Origin: Candidatus Poribacteria bacterium
GTDB lineage: Bacteria; Poribacteria; WGA-4E; WGA-3G
Reading direction: 5' to 3'
Assembly: GCA_965198235.1 (NCBI GenBank)
Contig: OZ240248.1
Location: forward strand, 1,504,001-1,568,000
Length of the DNA stretch: 64,000 nucleotides
This document shows, piece after piece, positions 40,753-51,738 of the stretch; the stretch's first letter is position 1, and the number at the start of each line of letters is the position of its first letter. The translations under genes were made by a program, and so were the position numbers. The notes under the pieces are model-generated. The model did no database searches. It saw nothing but the letters and a program-made list of their open reading frames with translations, and was not told where the DNA came from.

Positions 40753-43371
40753 ATGCGAATTTTAATACTGCTGTCTATTTTCTGCTTTCTATCCCCTGCG
40801 TCGGGTGACATTCAATTTGAAGATGTGTCACAGCAGGCGGGGATTACACGCATTGGTGAAAGTTGGGGCAATGCCTGGGGCGATTTTGATGCGGATGGTT
40901 ATCTGGATTTATGGGCTACCAATCATAAGCACAAACCGAGTCTCTATCGCAACAATGGCGATGGGACTTTCACGGACATCATCGACGAAGTTTGGGACGC
41001 AAACCCATTTGCAGATACACACGGCGTGGCGTGGGCAGATTTTGATAACGATGGCGACCAAGATTTGATTGTATTATCGGGGAGTGGCGGTGGAACCAAC
41101 CCTACAAACGCTAAACATGATAATCATTTCTATGTCAATGAAAATGGGATGCTCATTGAGCGCGCCACTGAATTCGGAATTGATTTTCCATTGTTGCGTG
41201 GTAGAGCTCCGCTTTGGTTAGATTGGAACCGGGACGGCTTACTCGACCTTATTCTCACTGGAAGAGTCCGACCCAGTAGGACCGGAGAATTGATAACATC
41301 GACTTTATTTCAACAAACTGGACACGGCTTTGAAAATGTAAATAGTATCTCAGGATTCCATGTTGAAAAAGACGCATCGTTAGCGCAACTTACCAATTTG
41401 ACTGGAGATAGGACCCTGGAGGTAGTTGTCAGCGGGGGCCCTTATCCAAATGCGATGTATGATATGTCGTCAACTCCATTTAAGTCATTAGTAGGGACGC
41501 TTGATTTTCCGAAAATTTATAATGTCCAAGATACAGTGTTTGCTGATTTCAACGGTGATCTCTTGCCTGATGTGTTCTGCGCGCGAGGGATATATCGTTC
41601 CTATATTGACACAGAAGCACCAGGACAAATAAAAGTACAGATGCAAACAAATCTCGGAGAAAAAGGGCTAAACTTTAAAACGGAGGGCAGGGTCCGTTTT
41701 GAAATCCATTCAACGTGGGCGACACGGCTCCATCATCTATCTATTGGTGCTGATGGACATACCTTGGAGGTGTTTGGTGGAGAACATATTCCATCCGATC
41801 CTGTCCGAAATGTCGCCTCTTTCAAATTTGAACTTTCCCCAGATGATCCAAGGGTTAAAGGTTTGAAGCCACGACCTGCTGTCGAGAATTACGGGATTTA
41901 TGTAGGGTATGACGAAAGGCAGAAAATGTGGATTTTGTTATACCACACAAGGCCTCGAATTGAGACGAATTGGACTGGATTGGAGGCTCTTATTGAATCG
42001 GCGCATCTGATGGCTGAAGTAAATCCTATTAATTTTACAGGATTTGATCTACGCGCGGATCCACAATCGGTACTTTTAATCAATAAAGGGAACCGGTTTA
42101 TACGGTCAGAGACTTTTTTAGCAGGGCGCTCCGTCGTCGCAGGTGATTTTGATAGCGATATGGACCTTGACCTCTATGTTGTCCGTTCAACCAGTGCTGG
42201 TAATCTTCCTAATCATCTCTATGAAAATTTGGGAGATGGTACTTTTGTTCAATTACCAGGGGCAGGTGGTGCAGAGGGAAGCACACAAGGTAGAGGACAA
42301 AGCGCTACGATGGCTGACTATGATCGGGATGGGTACCTTGATTTTTTTCTTACCAACGGCAGAGGACCTTATCCCTTTAACGAAGGTCCCGATCAGCTTT
42401 TCCGTAACATCGTCAGTGGTAATAACTGGCTTCAGATTGATTTAGAAGGAACCGTTTCTAATCGGGACGGTATTGGCGCAAGACTTTTCGTAACTACGCC
42501 TGACGGAAAAACCCAGTTGCGGGAAAATGGAGGCGGTATTCATTGGTCTCAACAAGACCAGAAACGTATCCACTTTGGACTTGCACAGAACCAAACGGTC
42601 AGTGAACTGGTCATCCAGTGGCCCAGCGGTACTATTCAAAAATTGAAGGATGTACCCGTGAACCAAGTATTACGGGTTATTGAGTCTGATGAACAAGCGA
42701 CTCTCTCGGTTTCCGATGTCAATCAGGATGGGCAGGTGAATATACTTGATTTTGTTTTTATCATCAAGCATTTCGGGGAGAGTCCACCTACAAATCCTCG
42801 GACGGATGTCAACAAAGATGGTGAAGTAAATATCTTAGATCTCGTTCAGACTGTCAAAGCTGCTGAGGGAAACCGGGGAATAGTAGCGGCACCGTATCGT
42901 CAGCACTTAACTGGTGGAAACACCAAGGATATATCAAGTCCAATCCACCTTTCAGATACTGACATTGCGTTACTCCATTCCTTTTACAAAAAGATTGAAG
43001 AAATAGCAGCAAGCTCCGCACATAAAGAATTAGTCAGACGTTTCTTAGAGGCACTGTTGATATCTGTTGAAGAACCCTTGGACACAAAACTCCATGCCAA
43101 CTACCCAAATCCGTTTAATCCAGAAACCTGGATTCCATACCAACTCGCGAAAGATAGCGACATCACGATACGCATTTATGATGCATCAGGACGTGTTGTG
43201 CGGACACTCTTCACTGGACATCAAATTGCTGGACACTACCTGAGCCGCAATGAAGCAGCATATTGGGATGGCAAAAACGAGTTAGGAGAACAGGTGGCGA
43301 GCGGAGTCTATATCTACGAGCTAGCCACTCCGACTTTCAAACAGACAAGACGGCTCGTAATACTAAAATAA
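40753..43371 (+). CDS. CRTAC1-type FG-GAP + ASPIC/UnbV protein with dockerin-like pair and C-terminal sorting-like domain
   Basis: WGDFDADGYLDL, LYRNNGDGTF, SNRDGIGAR, IHFGL, IQWPSG, DVNQDGQVNILD, NYPNPFNPETWIPY. Confidence 0.88.
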   Translation: MRILILLSIFCFLSPASGDIQFEDVSQQAGITRIGESWGNAWGDFDADGYLDLWATNHKHKPSLYRNNGDGTFTDIIDEVWDANPFADTHGVAWADFDNDGDQDLIVLSGSGGGTNPTNAKHDNHFYVNENGMLIERATEFGIDFPLLRGRAPLWLDWNRDGLLDLILTGRVRPSRTGELITSTLFQQTGHGFENVNSISGFHVEKDASLAQLTNLTGDRTLEVVVSGGPYPNAMYDMSSTPFKSLVGTLDFPKIYNVQDTVFADFNGDLLPDVFCARGIYRSYIDTEAPGQIKVQMQTNLGEKGLNFKTEGRVRFEIHSTWATRLHHLSIGADGHTLEVFGGEHIPSDPVRNVASFKFELSPDDPRVKGLKPRPAVENYGIYVGYDERQKMWILLYHTRPRIETNWTGLEALIESAHLMAEVNPINFTGFDLRADPQSVLLINKGNRFIRSETFLAGRSVVAGDFDSDMDLDLYVVRSTSAGNLPNHLYENLGDGTFVQLPGAGGAEGSTQGRGQSATMADYDRDGYLDFFLTNGRGPYPFNEGPDQLFRNIVSGNNWLQIDLEGTVSNRDGIGARLFVTTPDGKTQLRENGGGIHWSQQDQKRIHFGLAQNQTVSELVIQWPSGTIQKLKDVPVNQVLRVIESDEQATLSVSDVNQDGQVNILDFVFIIKHFGESPPTNPRTDVNKDGEVNILDLVQTVKAAEGNRGIVAAPYRQHLTGGNTKDISSPIHLSDTDIALLHSFYKKIEEIAASSAHKELVRRFLEALLISVEEPLDTKLHANYPNPFNPETWIPYQLAKDSDITIRIYDASGRVVRTLFTGHQIAGHYLSRNEAAYWDGKNELGEQVASGVYIYELATPTFKQTRRLVILK

Positions 43372-43378
43372 TTAACAT

Positions 43379-43509
43379 AGGACTTACGCATTTCCTCTTA
43401 AAGTCCCCCTGATAAGGGGGATTTAGGGGGTTAAATACAACGAAGTACTCTCACTGCAAGGCATTTTCAGCAAAATATGCCGATTCTCTGTTCAATTTGC
43501 GTAAGTCCT
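43379..43509. repeat. MITE-like element, same terminal inverted repeats, third interior
   Basis: AGGACTTACGCA...TGCGTAAGTCCT around TCCCCCTGATAAGGGGGA. Confidence 0.75.
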
Positions 43510-43617
43510 ATAACAGTTGAAAAAACAATTCTATACCGGTTCCAAACCCCGTTGGAATTCACCAAACACCATCGTGGAACGTAGTGGAACGATGCCCAGG
43601 AGCCAATAGTTTAAAAA

Positions 43618-44613
43618 ATGAAAAGTAAGGCATTAATCACAGGCGGTGCGGGCTTTATGGGCGCGCACGTAGTTGATGAACTTCTTCGTCATGGGAACAC
43701 AGACGTTGTTGTCCTTGATGACTTGAGCGGCGGCTTCCGTGAGAATCTGAACTCTACCGTAACGTTTGTTGAAGGAAGCATCCTTGATGTTTCGCTAATA
43801 AATCAACTCTGTGAGCAGTATCAATTCGACTATATCTATCACCTTGCCGCGTATGCAGCGGAGGGGCTCAGTCACTTCATCAAACGGTTTAACTATCAGA
43901 ACAACCTCATCGGGAGTGTAAACCTCATCAATGCGGCGGTAAACTATAATGTCAAACGGTTTGTATTCACCTCTTCCATCGCTGTTTACGGTGCGAACCA
44001 GCTCCCGATGCATGAAGCACTTATCCCGATGCCCGAAGATTCCTACGGTATCGCCAAATACGCCGTTGAACAGGAACTTGTCGCCGCAAAACGACTCTTC
44101 GATTTGGATTATACCATTTTCCGTCCCCACAACGTCTATGGTGAACTCCAGAATATCGGGGACAAGTATCGAAACGTCATTGGTATTTTCATGAATAATA
44201 TTATGCAGGCGGAACCGTTAGTTATCTTTGGGGATGGCGAGCAGACACGCGCCTTCACACATATTGCCGATGTCGCTCCGCATATCGCCCGCTCTGTGGA
44301 CGTACCCGAGGCATCAGGAGAGATTTTTAACGTCGGTTCGGATAAACATGTATCTGTCAACGAATTGGCAGACTTGGTGATGACGGCGATGGGAAAGGAA
44401 GTCCGTGTTATCAACATGCGTGCGAGGGAAGAGGTTAAACATGCCTATTGCACACACGAAAAATTCCACGGGGTCTTCGGCACGACATCACAGGTCGCGC
44501 TTCCGGAAGGTTTAGAGAGAATGGCGGCGTGGGCGAAGTCCGTTGGACCACGAGCTTCCGCGCTGTTTACTGACATCGAAATTCGCAAAAATCTGCCCGA
44601 AAGCTGGAAATAA
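43618..44613 (+). CDS. NAD-dependent nucleotide-sugar epimerase/dehydratase (GalE-like)
   Basis: ITGGAGFMG, HLAA, FTSS.AVYG, YGIAK, FGDGEQTR. Confidence 0.92.
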   Translation: MKSKALITGGAGFMGAHVVDELLRHGNTDVVVLDDLSGGFRENLNSTVTFVEGSILDVSLINQLCEQYQFDYIYHLAAYAAEGLSHFIKRFNYQNNLIGSVNLINAAVNYNVKRFVFTSSIAVYGANQLPMHEALIPMPEDSYGIAKYAVEQELVAAKRLFDLDYTIFRPHNVYGELQNIGDKYRNVIGIFMNNIMQAEPLVIFGDGEQTRAFTHIADVAPHIARSVDVPEASGEIFNVGSDKHVSVNELADLVMTAMGKEVRVINMRAREEVKHAYCTHEKFHGVFGTTSQVALPEGLERMAAWAKSVGPRASALFTDIEIRKNLPESWK

Positions 44614-44810
44614 GTTTTAAACTATTGAATCTGGTCACCGTTTTTTAATTTATTGGCTCCTGGGCGTTGTTCCACTACGTTTCACAACGGTTTTTGGTTA
44701 GGATAGGCACAAGACCCACTGCTACGCCCCCTTTCAACATTAAGAGGGCGTTTAACTTTACCGAAAACCGGGGTTCCCACCCGTTACTGGGAAGGGATAC
44801 TGGGGAGCGG

Positions 44811-44967
44811 GTTTTTGCTTGGGGTGTTTTTGCTTGGGGTTTTTGATAGGGTGTTTCCCTGCGTATTGATAGGGGTTTTTGCTTGGGTGTTTCTGTGGAT
44901 TTCTGTGGATTTCTGTGGATTTCTGCGTATTTCTGCGTATTGATAGGGTATTTCTTCGGATTTTTTC
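44811..44967 (+). repeat. Longest G/T-rich modular 'stutter' tract
   Basis: Units GTTTTTGCTTGGG, TTGATAGGG, TTTCTGTGGA x3, TTTCTGCGTA x2. Confidence 0.85.
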
Positions 44968-44986
44968 GATGGAACGAAGTGGAACG

Positions 44987-46300
44987 ATGAGCAAAAACTT
45001 AATAGGTAAAAAAACGTTTTGGGTGATGATGATTACCCTTGTTGGAATGGGGTTGAGTCTTCTCGTCCGGGTCCTATTGATTCCAAAACGCTTCGGATTC
45101 AGCGATACAGCGGACGCACTCACTACCGCATTGACGGTCGTGCTGTTAGTAGATACGATTGTCCGAGAGGGTGCTAAATTCAGTCTTGTTCCAGTCTTCG
45201 TCACACGCCAGAAGGAGATGACTCGCACGGAATACCAACGTTTCATGAATGGGCTCCTAATTTTGTTGCTTAGTGTTGGCTTCGGGATTTTCATTCTGAT
45301 TGAACTTTTCGCACCGTGGATAGCAGGCGGGTTGTTATGGAAATCGACTGTTGATGTACAGAGGGCTACGACACTGTTGCGATTTTGTGCCCCGCTCCTT
45401 ATCTTCGGATGTGGTAGCACGGTCCTGGGTGCTTTCCTAAACAGCCAGCAGCGCTTTAAAACGGTTGCACTCCGAAACGCTCTACCCGCTGGCACCGCGG
45501 CGTTTATATTTCTGCTCTTATGGAATACACAGAGCCTCGAAAACTGGGTGGCGATGGCATACGCGGGGGGCTTTATCGCGTACTTTGGATGGTTGTGCAT
45601 CGGGGTATATCGGACGGGGCACCGGTATGAACTTACAGGCGTTTCTGTGGACACGCTGCGTTCTTTGAAAAACACGGTTACCCTACCAACTCTCGGCTTC
45701 GGAATACGGCAAATCGTAAACCGCTTACTGGTTGAGGTGTACCTTGTCTCACAACTTGGAAGTGGCGCTATTACGCTCTATAAATCTGCCTTCCAAATCT
45801 TTTCAGCACTACAGACACTCATCGGGATCAGTATCGCAACAACCGGCTTGCCCGATATGGCGATCCACGACGCGGCAAACGATAAAATAGAATTAGGGCG
45901 TACACTCAACCGAAACGCACGCACGGCTATAATCATCGGATTCCCGGTAACCCTGGTCCTGTTGATATTTCACGGAAGAATCAGTTGGCTCTTGTATGGG
46001 AAAGGGACAATCGATCAAACGTCAGTTGAGTTGATAGGACAACTCCTCTTTTGGCTCAGCACGGGAATGATATTCTCCTGTCTGATACCTGTGTTGAATG
46101 CTGGACTCTACGCCCAAAAGGCGTACCGCGCTGTTTTCGCAAATATGGTCACGATGGCAGCCCTTAATTTTCTACTGGCGTACGGATTAATCGAAACATG
46201 GTGGCTTCTATCTGTCGCGTTGTCTGTATCAATCACCGCGCTTCTGGCTGTTGGGAACCTGACGTATCTCCTCCGAAGAACACAGGTGTCTTGGTTTTAG
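44987..46300 (+). CDS. MurJ/MviN-like (MOP superfamily) flippase
   Basis: About 12-13 TM segments, FG.S..ADA, VPVF, FAPW, LNSQQRF, SQLGSGAI. The start codon lies within a repeat. Confidence 0.8.
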   Translation: MSKNLIGKKTFWVMMITLVGMGLSLLVRVLLIPKRFGFSDTADALTTALTVVLLVDTIVREGAKFSLVPVFVTRQKEMTRTEYQRFMNGLLILLLSVGFGIFILIELFAPWIAGGLLWKSTVDVQRATTLLRFCAPLLIFGCGSTVLGAFLNSQQRFKTVALRNALPAGTAAFIFLLLWNTQSLENWVAMAYAGGFIAYFGWLCIGVYRTGHRYELTGVSVDTLRSLKNTVTLPTLGFGIRQIVNRLLVEVYLVSQLGSGAITLYKSAFQIFSALQTLIGISIATTGLPDMAIHDAANDKIELGRTLNRNARTAIIIGFPVTLVLLIFHGRISWLLYGKGTIDQTSVELIGQLLFWLSTGMIFSCLIPVLNAGLYAQKAYRAVFANMVTMAALNFLLAYGLIETWWLLSVALSVSITALLAVGNLTYLLRRTQVSWF

Positions 46301-46427
46301 TTTTTTAATTATGGGCCTTTGATCGGCTTTCCATTTCATTCCAAGCCGGTTTTTAGTGAAGTCAGAAACCTTTGAACCCTTGAAGCGGGTTGGAATTAAC
46401 CAAAAACCACTGCGGAATGAAATTAGG

Positions 46428-46583
46428 TTTCCTTAAATGGCATAATTTTGCTTCGCATTGTCCCGCAAGCCTCTATAGGCTTGCGCAGAATGCTTTACAT
46501 TTGGAGCAGTTTAACCATCAACTCGACTCCGTTATAAATGTTAAAGTACGAGTTGATGGTTAACAGAGTTAATAGTTTAAAAA
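46428..46583 (+). repeat. Composite palindromic repeat; near-identical inverted copy at about 60715-60868, partial copies at 17806, 38235, 39419
   Basis: CCTTAAATGGCATAATTTTGCTTCGCA...AGAATGCTTTACATTTGGAG plus TTAACCATCAACTCG...CGAGTTGATGGTTAA. Confidence 0.8.
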
Positions 46584-47543
46584 ATGCACAGATTCAATCG
46601 TTTAAAAAGTGTCGCGGACTATCGCTATCTCATTGTAGGGGGCACGACAAAGGCGGCAACAACGTCCCTGTTCACCTACTTAGCGGATCATCCTGCTATT
46701 TGTGCTGCCACCTACAAAGAGACTCGGTTTTTTCTCAGCAGCAACTATCCGCTCCCATCGAAATACCGATATAAAGGTGATGTCGAAGAATACAACCTTT
46801 TGTTTTCTGATGCTGATGAAACGCAGTTTCGGATGGAATCGACGCCTGACTATCTGTATTGTGAGGAAGCCTGTGAGCGGATTGCCACATTGCTACCCTA
46901 TGCAAAGTTAGTCTTCAGTCTCCGTGAACCGATTTCAAGGTTAATCTCTTGGTATCGATTTGCAAAGCAAATTGGCAAATTACCACAAACTTTGAGTTTC
47001 GACGCGTATGTTGAATCGCTTTTTGCCGCTATGAATCGCCATGAAGAGACAGAAGAACAGCACTTGCAAACACTCCAGCAGGGGTGTTATACTATCTATC
47101 TGGAGCATTATTTTAACCGATTCAGTCCAGAGCGTATCCATACCCTCTTTTATGAGGAACTCGCGACACAACCGGCGGATACTATGGCAAAATTGTGTGA
47201 CTTCGCTGGCATTGATGCCGGTTTTTATGGCGATTACGGGTTTAAAGTAACGAATCGTACCCAACAGATGCGAAATTCTGAGTTACATCGGAAGTATAGA
47301 GACTTTCGATTTCGATTGCGACAATGGACACATAACAAGCCGATTATTCATATCCCATTGCGGGCAATCAAACGAACAATTGAGCCGCTCTATCTCCGAT
47401 TGAACGCGCAGACGGATGAGAAGACTCAGATGTCAGAAGAGACGAGGCACCGTTTAATCGATTATTACACGCCGGATGTTCAGGCTCTCGGCGAATTGAT
47501 TGGGAAACCGATACCATGGAAAACTTGGGGAAAATCCAGTTGA
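46584..47543 (+). CDS. PAPS-dependent sulfotransferase (heparan-sulfate-ST-like)
   Basis: 5'-PSB IVGGTTKAATT, KETRFF, ESTPDY, 3'-PB LREPISRLISWY. Confidence 0.9.
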   Translation: MHRFNRLKSVADYRYLIVGGTTKAATTSLFTYLADHPAICAATYKETRFFLSSNYPLPSKYRYKGDVEEYNLLFSDADETQFRMESTPDYLYCEEACERIATLLPYAKLVFSLREPISRLISWYRFAKQIGKLPQTLSFDAYVESLFAAMNRHEETEEQHLQTLQQGCYTIYLEHYFNRFSPERIHTLFYEELATQPADTMAKLCDFAGIDAGFYGDYGFKVTNRTQQMRNSELHRKYRDFRFRLRQWTHNKPIIHIPLRAIKRTIEPLYLRLNAQTDEKTQMSEETRHRLIDYYTPDVQALGELIGKPIPWKTWGKSS

Positions 47544-48466
47544 TGATTGTTGGCGCACAGAAGGCGGGAACCTCTTCGCTCCTCCGCTACTTGGCGCAGC
47601 ATCCCGATATCCACACGCATGCACAACCAGAGATGACGTTCTTCCTGCAGGCGCGTGAATACACGCGGGGATATGAATGGGCGTTTGTGAAGTACTTTAC
47701 TGGAGAGAATACCCACAGCGATATTAAGGATAAACACCTTATCGCGAAGAATGCGATGGTGATGCATACACCGGAAGTCATGCAACGGATTTATGAACAC
47801 AATCCTGAGATACACCTCGTTGTTCTTCTGCGTGAGCCTGTGGCACGGGCGTATTCTGCCTATTGGTGGGCTCGGCGGATAGGTTGGGAGAACATCAAAA
47901 CTTATGAAGAGGCACTTGCTGCCGAGGAAGCACGTCTGAGCGAAGACTGGTTTAAATGGCGACAATGTGCCTATCAGTACAACGGCATCTATTATCCACA
48001 TGTCAAAAATTTGATAACCCAATTTGGTGTGAGTCACGTGCATTGCGTCTTAACTGAGGATTTAAAGGATAACGCTGAAGCTGTCTGTCAGCAACTCTTT
48101 GATCGTATAGGTGTCAGCACCGATTTCAGTCCGACAATAGGTGAACGGCATAACCAAGCCACGCTGCCGCGTTCCGAAAAATTCAACTTTCTCTTTACAC
48201 AATTTCTGGCATCTCACAATCCGCTGAGAAAAGTCATTCGGAAATTGCTGCCGGATGCCACCGCTTATAAGTTGAGAAAAGCCGTTCTGGATTGGAACGA
48301 CAAGCCCAAGGAGAATATGGATTTGAAGAAACGCCCAAGCAAAAACACCCCGCCTCCGCTCAATCCGCAGACGCGTGAGCACCAGATGGCGTATTTTAAG
48401 CCATTTAACGAACAATTGGCTGAATTATTAGGCAGAGATCTCTCTTCATGGAATAGCGGTTTTTAA
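47516..48466 (+). CDS. PAPS-dependent sulfotransferase (heparan-sulfate-ST-like)
   Basis: IVGAQKAGTSSL...HPDI, EMTFF, LREPVARAYSAY, YFKPFNEQLAELLG. Confidence 0.92.
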   Translation: MENLGKIQLMIVGAQKAGTSSLLRYLAQHPDIHTHAQPEMTFFLQAREYTRGYEWAFVKYFTGENTHSDIKDKHLIAKNAMVMHTPEVMQRIYEHNPEIHLVVLLREPVARAYSAYWWARRIGWENIKTYEEALAAEEARLSEDWFKWRQCAYQYNGIYYPHVKNLITQFGVSHVHCVLTEDLKDNAEAVCQQLFDRIGVSTDFSPTIGERHNQATLPRSEKFNFLFTQFLASHNPLRKVIRKLLPDATAYKLRKAVLDWNDKPKENMDLKKRPSKNTPPPLNPQTREHQMAYFKPFNEQLAELLGRDLSSWNSGF

Positions 48467-48580
48467 ACGATTGGCGATTGCGTGTCGTTCCACGATGGAT
48501 CTTGACAAAGTTCGGTGAAATTTATCAGAAACCTGCCTGAAACGAAGTGGAAGGCAGCGCGAAGGCCGATCATTAAAAAT

Positions 48581-49960
48581 ATGGTTTACTTTTTGACAGG
48601 ATACGTTGCTTTTGAAGAGTTTATACTGAAGTTTTTACCGGTTAGCGATGCTGTCTACTCCTATTTAAGATTCTTCGGCGAAATAATCATCTATACCGCT
48701 TTTGGAAGACTCGTTATCCATAAACTCCACAGAGGCATTCCCTTTGTCAAAACAGCGATCGACTTGCCAGTTATTGGTTTTTACAGCGTTGTCCTACTTT
48801 CAATGCTTATAAACAGGTCACCCTTGATAGGCAGCCTATACAACATCCGACCATTTGCTCGATATATTGTCCTTTTCTATCTCATCGCGAACTCTGCTCT
48901 ATCGGAGCGGCGAATTACAACCCTTTTACGCATAATTCTTGTTGTTGGGGTATTCCAACTTGTCGCCGGTATCGTTCAGTGGGTAGGCGGACCCGCCGCG
49001 TTCGATTTCTTCCTGCCTCGCGAATCAACACTCACCATCGGTGGGTTTACCAAAGAGTACAGATTGCTCGAACTCGGTAGAGAGATTGGCAGCGTCTATG
49101 GTACTTTGGGAGATACCGTGATTTACGGTGTCTTTATGATTCTTGTCCTTGTTATCTACCTTTCCCGTATTAGGCGACTGGAGTATCTGAATCTGCTCGG
49201 TGCAGCGATACTGTTTTTCTTTATAGCACGTTCATATTCACGCGCCGCAACCTTCTCCGCCCTTCTCGCGGGGGGTGCATGGTTCTTCTTCCACCACGGG
49301 TGGAAAAAAACCCTTCGCTTAGCATTAGCAACTGTCCTCATCTTCGGACTTCTATTGATAGTGGTGAACCCGTTCAACCTTGAATACATAAACCCGCGTA
49401 AAGCAAGGGTTGGGCTCGTCGGCAACGTAACAGGCGTATTTTCCGGGTCCTATGTCCGTGTCGCGCAGAAGCAGCGGCTGGGGGCGTTGATCGGAAATGT
49501 TCCAACAGTCCTTGTTAACAAACCAATCTTAGGTTATGGTGCCGACCAGAACAGCACGATTGAAAGACTTAATATGAGCAAACGCTCATTCCTCCTCAAA
49601 GTCCTCAGTAAGAGCGGCTTCAAGGATGTGTATTGGGTAGCAATCCTCTGTTTCTACGGCATATTGGGACTGGGCTTCTTCGCTCTGATATTTTACCAAC
49701 TCTTTCGCGCTGCGCTGCGGCTTTACAGAAGGTCTATCAGTTCATCATCTGCTATAGAGAGGAGTACCCCTATCTCAGGCGTGACACAACGTATCGCAAT
49801 TATCATGCTCTGCCTCGTCGCCGTTACTGTATTTCTACTTTTCTTTAGTCGAACCCTTGAATTTCGAGGCTATGGATTCTACTTCTGGCTCTGTGCCGGT
49901 CTCATGTTTGCGAGTGATAGATCGCTTCCAACCTATAGACCTCTGAGGATAACATTATGA
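48581..49960 (+). CDS. O-antigen ligase/Wzy-like polymerase
   Basis: Polytopic, GTLGD, SYSRAA, periplasmic loop with PILGYG, YGILG; polysaccharide-locus context. Confidence 0.75.
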   Translation: MVYFLTGYVAFEEFILKFLPVSDAVYSYLRFFGEIIIYTAFGRLVIHKLHRGIPFVKTAIDLPVIGFYSVVLLSMLINRSPLIGSLYNIRPFARYIVLFYLIANSALSERRITTLLRIILVVGVFQLVAGIVQWVGGPAAFDFFLPRESTLTIGGFTKEYRLLELGREIGSVYGTLGDTVIYGVFMILVLVIYLSRIRRLEYLNLLGAAILFFFIARSYSRAATFSALLAGGAWFFFHHGWKKTLRLALATVLIFGLLLIVVNPFNLEYINPRKARVGLVGNVTGVFSGSYVRVAQKQRLGALIGNVPTVLVNKPILGYGADQNSTIERLNMSKRSFLLKVLSKSGFKDVYWVAILCFYGILGLGFFALIFYQLFRAALRLYRRSISSSSAIERSTPISGVTQRIAIIMLCLVAVTVFLLFFSRTLEFRGYGFYFWLCAGLMFASDRSLPTYRPLRITL

Positions 49961-51738
49961 ATAGCAGTCAGCAGTCAGCAGTCAGCACAGACTCGGCCAC
50001 GCCTACTGATACAAAGCTTTTGAAGCGCGTGGGAGAGTCTGAGCAAGAGGGGGTAGGTTCACCAGAAAACCTCTTTGCTGATGGCTTCCGGCAGCCGATA
50101 GTTTCCGATAGCCAATTTGTGCAAGGCGTAAATACACATTTTCAGTTTGTGAGTGCTTATCGCACTTTTAGAGAGTTTTGTCGAAAGTATTGTCTCGGAT
50201 TGCTGGGGGTGATAATACTGCTTCTGGCAATCGGTTGTCGAACTCAAAAATCGCTTCCTGATACACTGTATTTTGAAATTGACACGCGTAATGGACAACC
50301 GCTCCGTCAGGCACTCTACGGCTTCAATTCAAACATGATGAGCGGCGATTACGGTTATCTTGATGACGATTTTGTCGCCTTGACTAAGGCTCTCGCACCA
50401 AAGACCTTACGATTTCCCGGCGGGACAGTTGGGAACTTCTATCATTGGGAACCTGGCGGCTTTTTTGAGAACGAAATGGCATCAACCCTCAATACGAAAC
50501 TTAATAAACGAAATAAGGGAAATTACGTTAAACTTCAAAGAAGGCGAAAGGGTAAAATCGTTTTCGACGACTTTATGCAACTATGCAACACGCTGAATAT
50601 AACGCCTGTTATTGTGGTAAACTTATGGACAGGCAGTCCAGAGGAGAGCGCGGCGTGGGTCCGCTATGCTAAGGACAAAGGATATCAGGTTACGCATTGG
50701 GAACTCGGTAACGAATACTATCTGCCACATTACCTCAACAAATACCCAACCGCTGCAGCTTACATAGCGGAAGCCAAGAAACATGCTGCAGCGATGAAGG
50801 CCGTCAACCCAGATATAAAGGTATCCGTCTGTGCTACTCCGATCGCCTTCCACAAAGAGGGCTGGTTGGTAAAAATACAGCAACGGAAATGGGATAAGGA
50901 CCTCGCAGCCGATACCAGTTTTTACGATGCTTATACCGTTCATGTCTATGCCTACAAAGCTGTCCGGAAAAAAAAGATGGAGGAGATGCGAGGCTACCTC
51001 ATGGGATGGATTCACTTCGATGTCGCAGAGGCAATTGACTACTATGAAAAATTGTTTCCAAATAAGGAGATGTGGATAACCGAGTGGAACATCGCCAACC
51101 CCGCAAACCGAGTCGCGAATACACAACTCCATGCAATGTACGTAGGTGATTTTTTTCTGAAAATATTAGCGATCCGGAACGTCACGCAAGCGAATTTTCA
51201 CGTCATCGCCGGTCCCGGCAAAGGATTTCCAGTGTTTTCACCTATAACACCTGCGACACCCGGAACGTTCTGGAAATATGGGGGTGAACCAGAATCCGAT
51301 TTCGGTGGTACTATTCAGCGTGCTGTCTATCCTGCTTTTCAACTCATCGGTGAAGCATTCACCGAGACAGACACACAGTTCACCCTTTCAATTCAGAACC
51401 AGCCCCTTCTGGCAGGAGCCATGGAATACGGAGAAAAACAGATGCCTGGTATTCAGGCGCAAGCCATCGGCGGGAAGGCTGCAGAACATCTGACTATCCT
51501 CGTCAGCAATCGCACAGGTGAGCAATACGAACCGCAACTCCTAATTGACGGTAAACGGTACAAGGGCAGTATCAACTACCGTTATGTTGCTGATGAAAGG
51601 CTCAATGCAACGAACGGTGGGAACGCCGAAATGGAGGGATCTGGCAAAATTGAAGTCCGTATCCAAAAATGGCGTGGGAAGTCAACGAAACTCGTCATCC
51701 CTAAAAATAGTTTTGGCATTCTCAAGATAAAGAGATAG
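49957..51738 (+). CDS. Clan GH-A glycoside hydrolase lipoprotein (GH79/GH51-like)
   Basis: Lipobox AIGC, LRFPGG, WELGNE (acid/base), WITEWN (nucleophile). The first ~55 codons look repeat-derived, so the start may be later. Confidence 0.75.
   Translation: MNSSQQSAVSTDSATPTDTKLLKRVGESEQEGVGSPENLFADGFRQPIVSDSQFVQGVNTHFQFVSAYRTFREFCRKYCLGLLGVIILLLAIGCRTQKSLPDTLYFEIDTRNGQPLRQALYGFNSNMMSGDYGYLDDDFVALTKALAPKTLRFPGGTVGNFYHWEPGGFFENEMASTLNTKLNKRNKGNYVKLQRRRKGKIVFDDFMQLCNTLNITPVIVVNLWTGSPEESAAWVRYAKDKGYQVTHWELGNEYYLPHYLNKYPTAAAYIAEAKKHAAAMKAVNPDIKVSVCATPIAFHKEGWLVKIQQRKWDKDLAADTSFYDAYTVHVYAYKAVRKKKMEEMRGYLMGWIHFDVAEAIDYYEKLFPNKEMWITEWNIANPANRVANTQLHAMYVGDFFLKILAIRNVTQANFHVIAGPGKGFPVFSPITPATPGTFWKYGGEPESDFGGTIQRAVYPAFQLIGEAFTETDTQFTLSIQNQPLLAGAMEYGEKQMPGIQAQAIGGKAAEHLTILVSNRTGEQYEPQLLIDGKRYKGSINYRYVADERLNATNGGNAEMEGSGKIEVRIQKWRGKSTKLVIPKNSFGILKIKR

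Noticed and set aside
44811-44967. Possible CRISPR array or coding repeat (ORFs 44758..45675- and the 44879 start)
   Set aside because: Units are 10-14 nt with no unique spacers and no cas genes. The ORF extensions merely read through the repeat tract.
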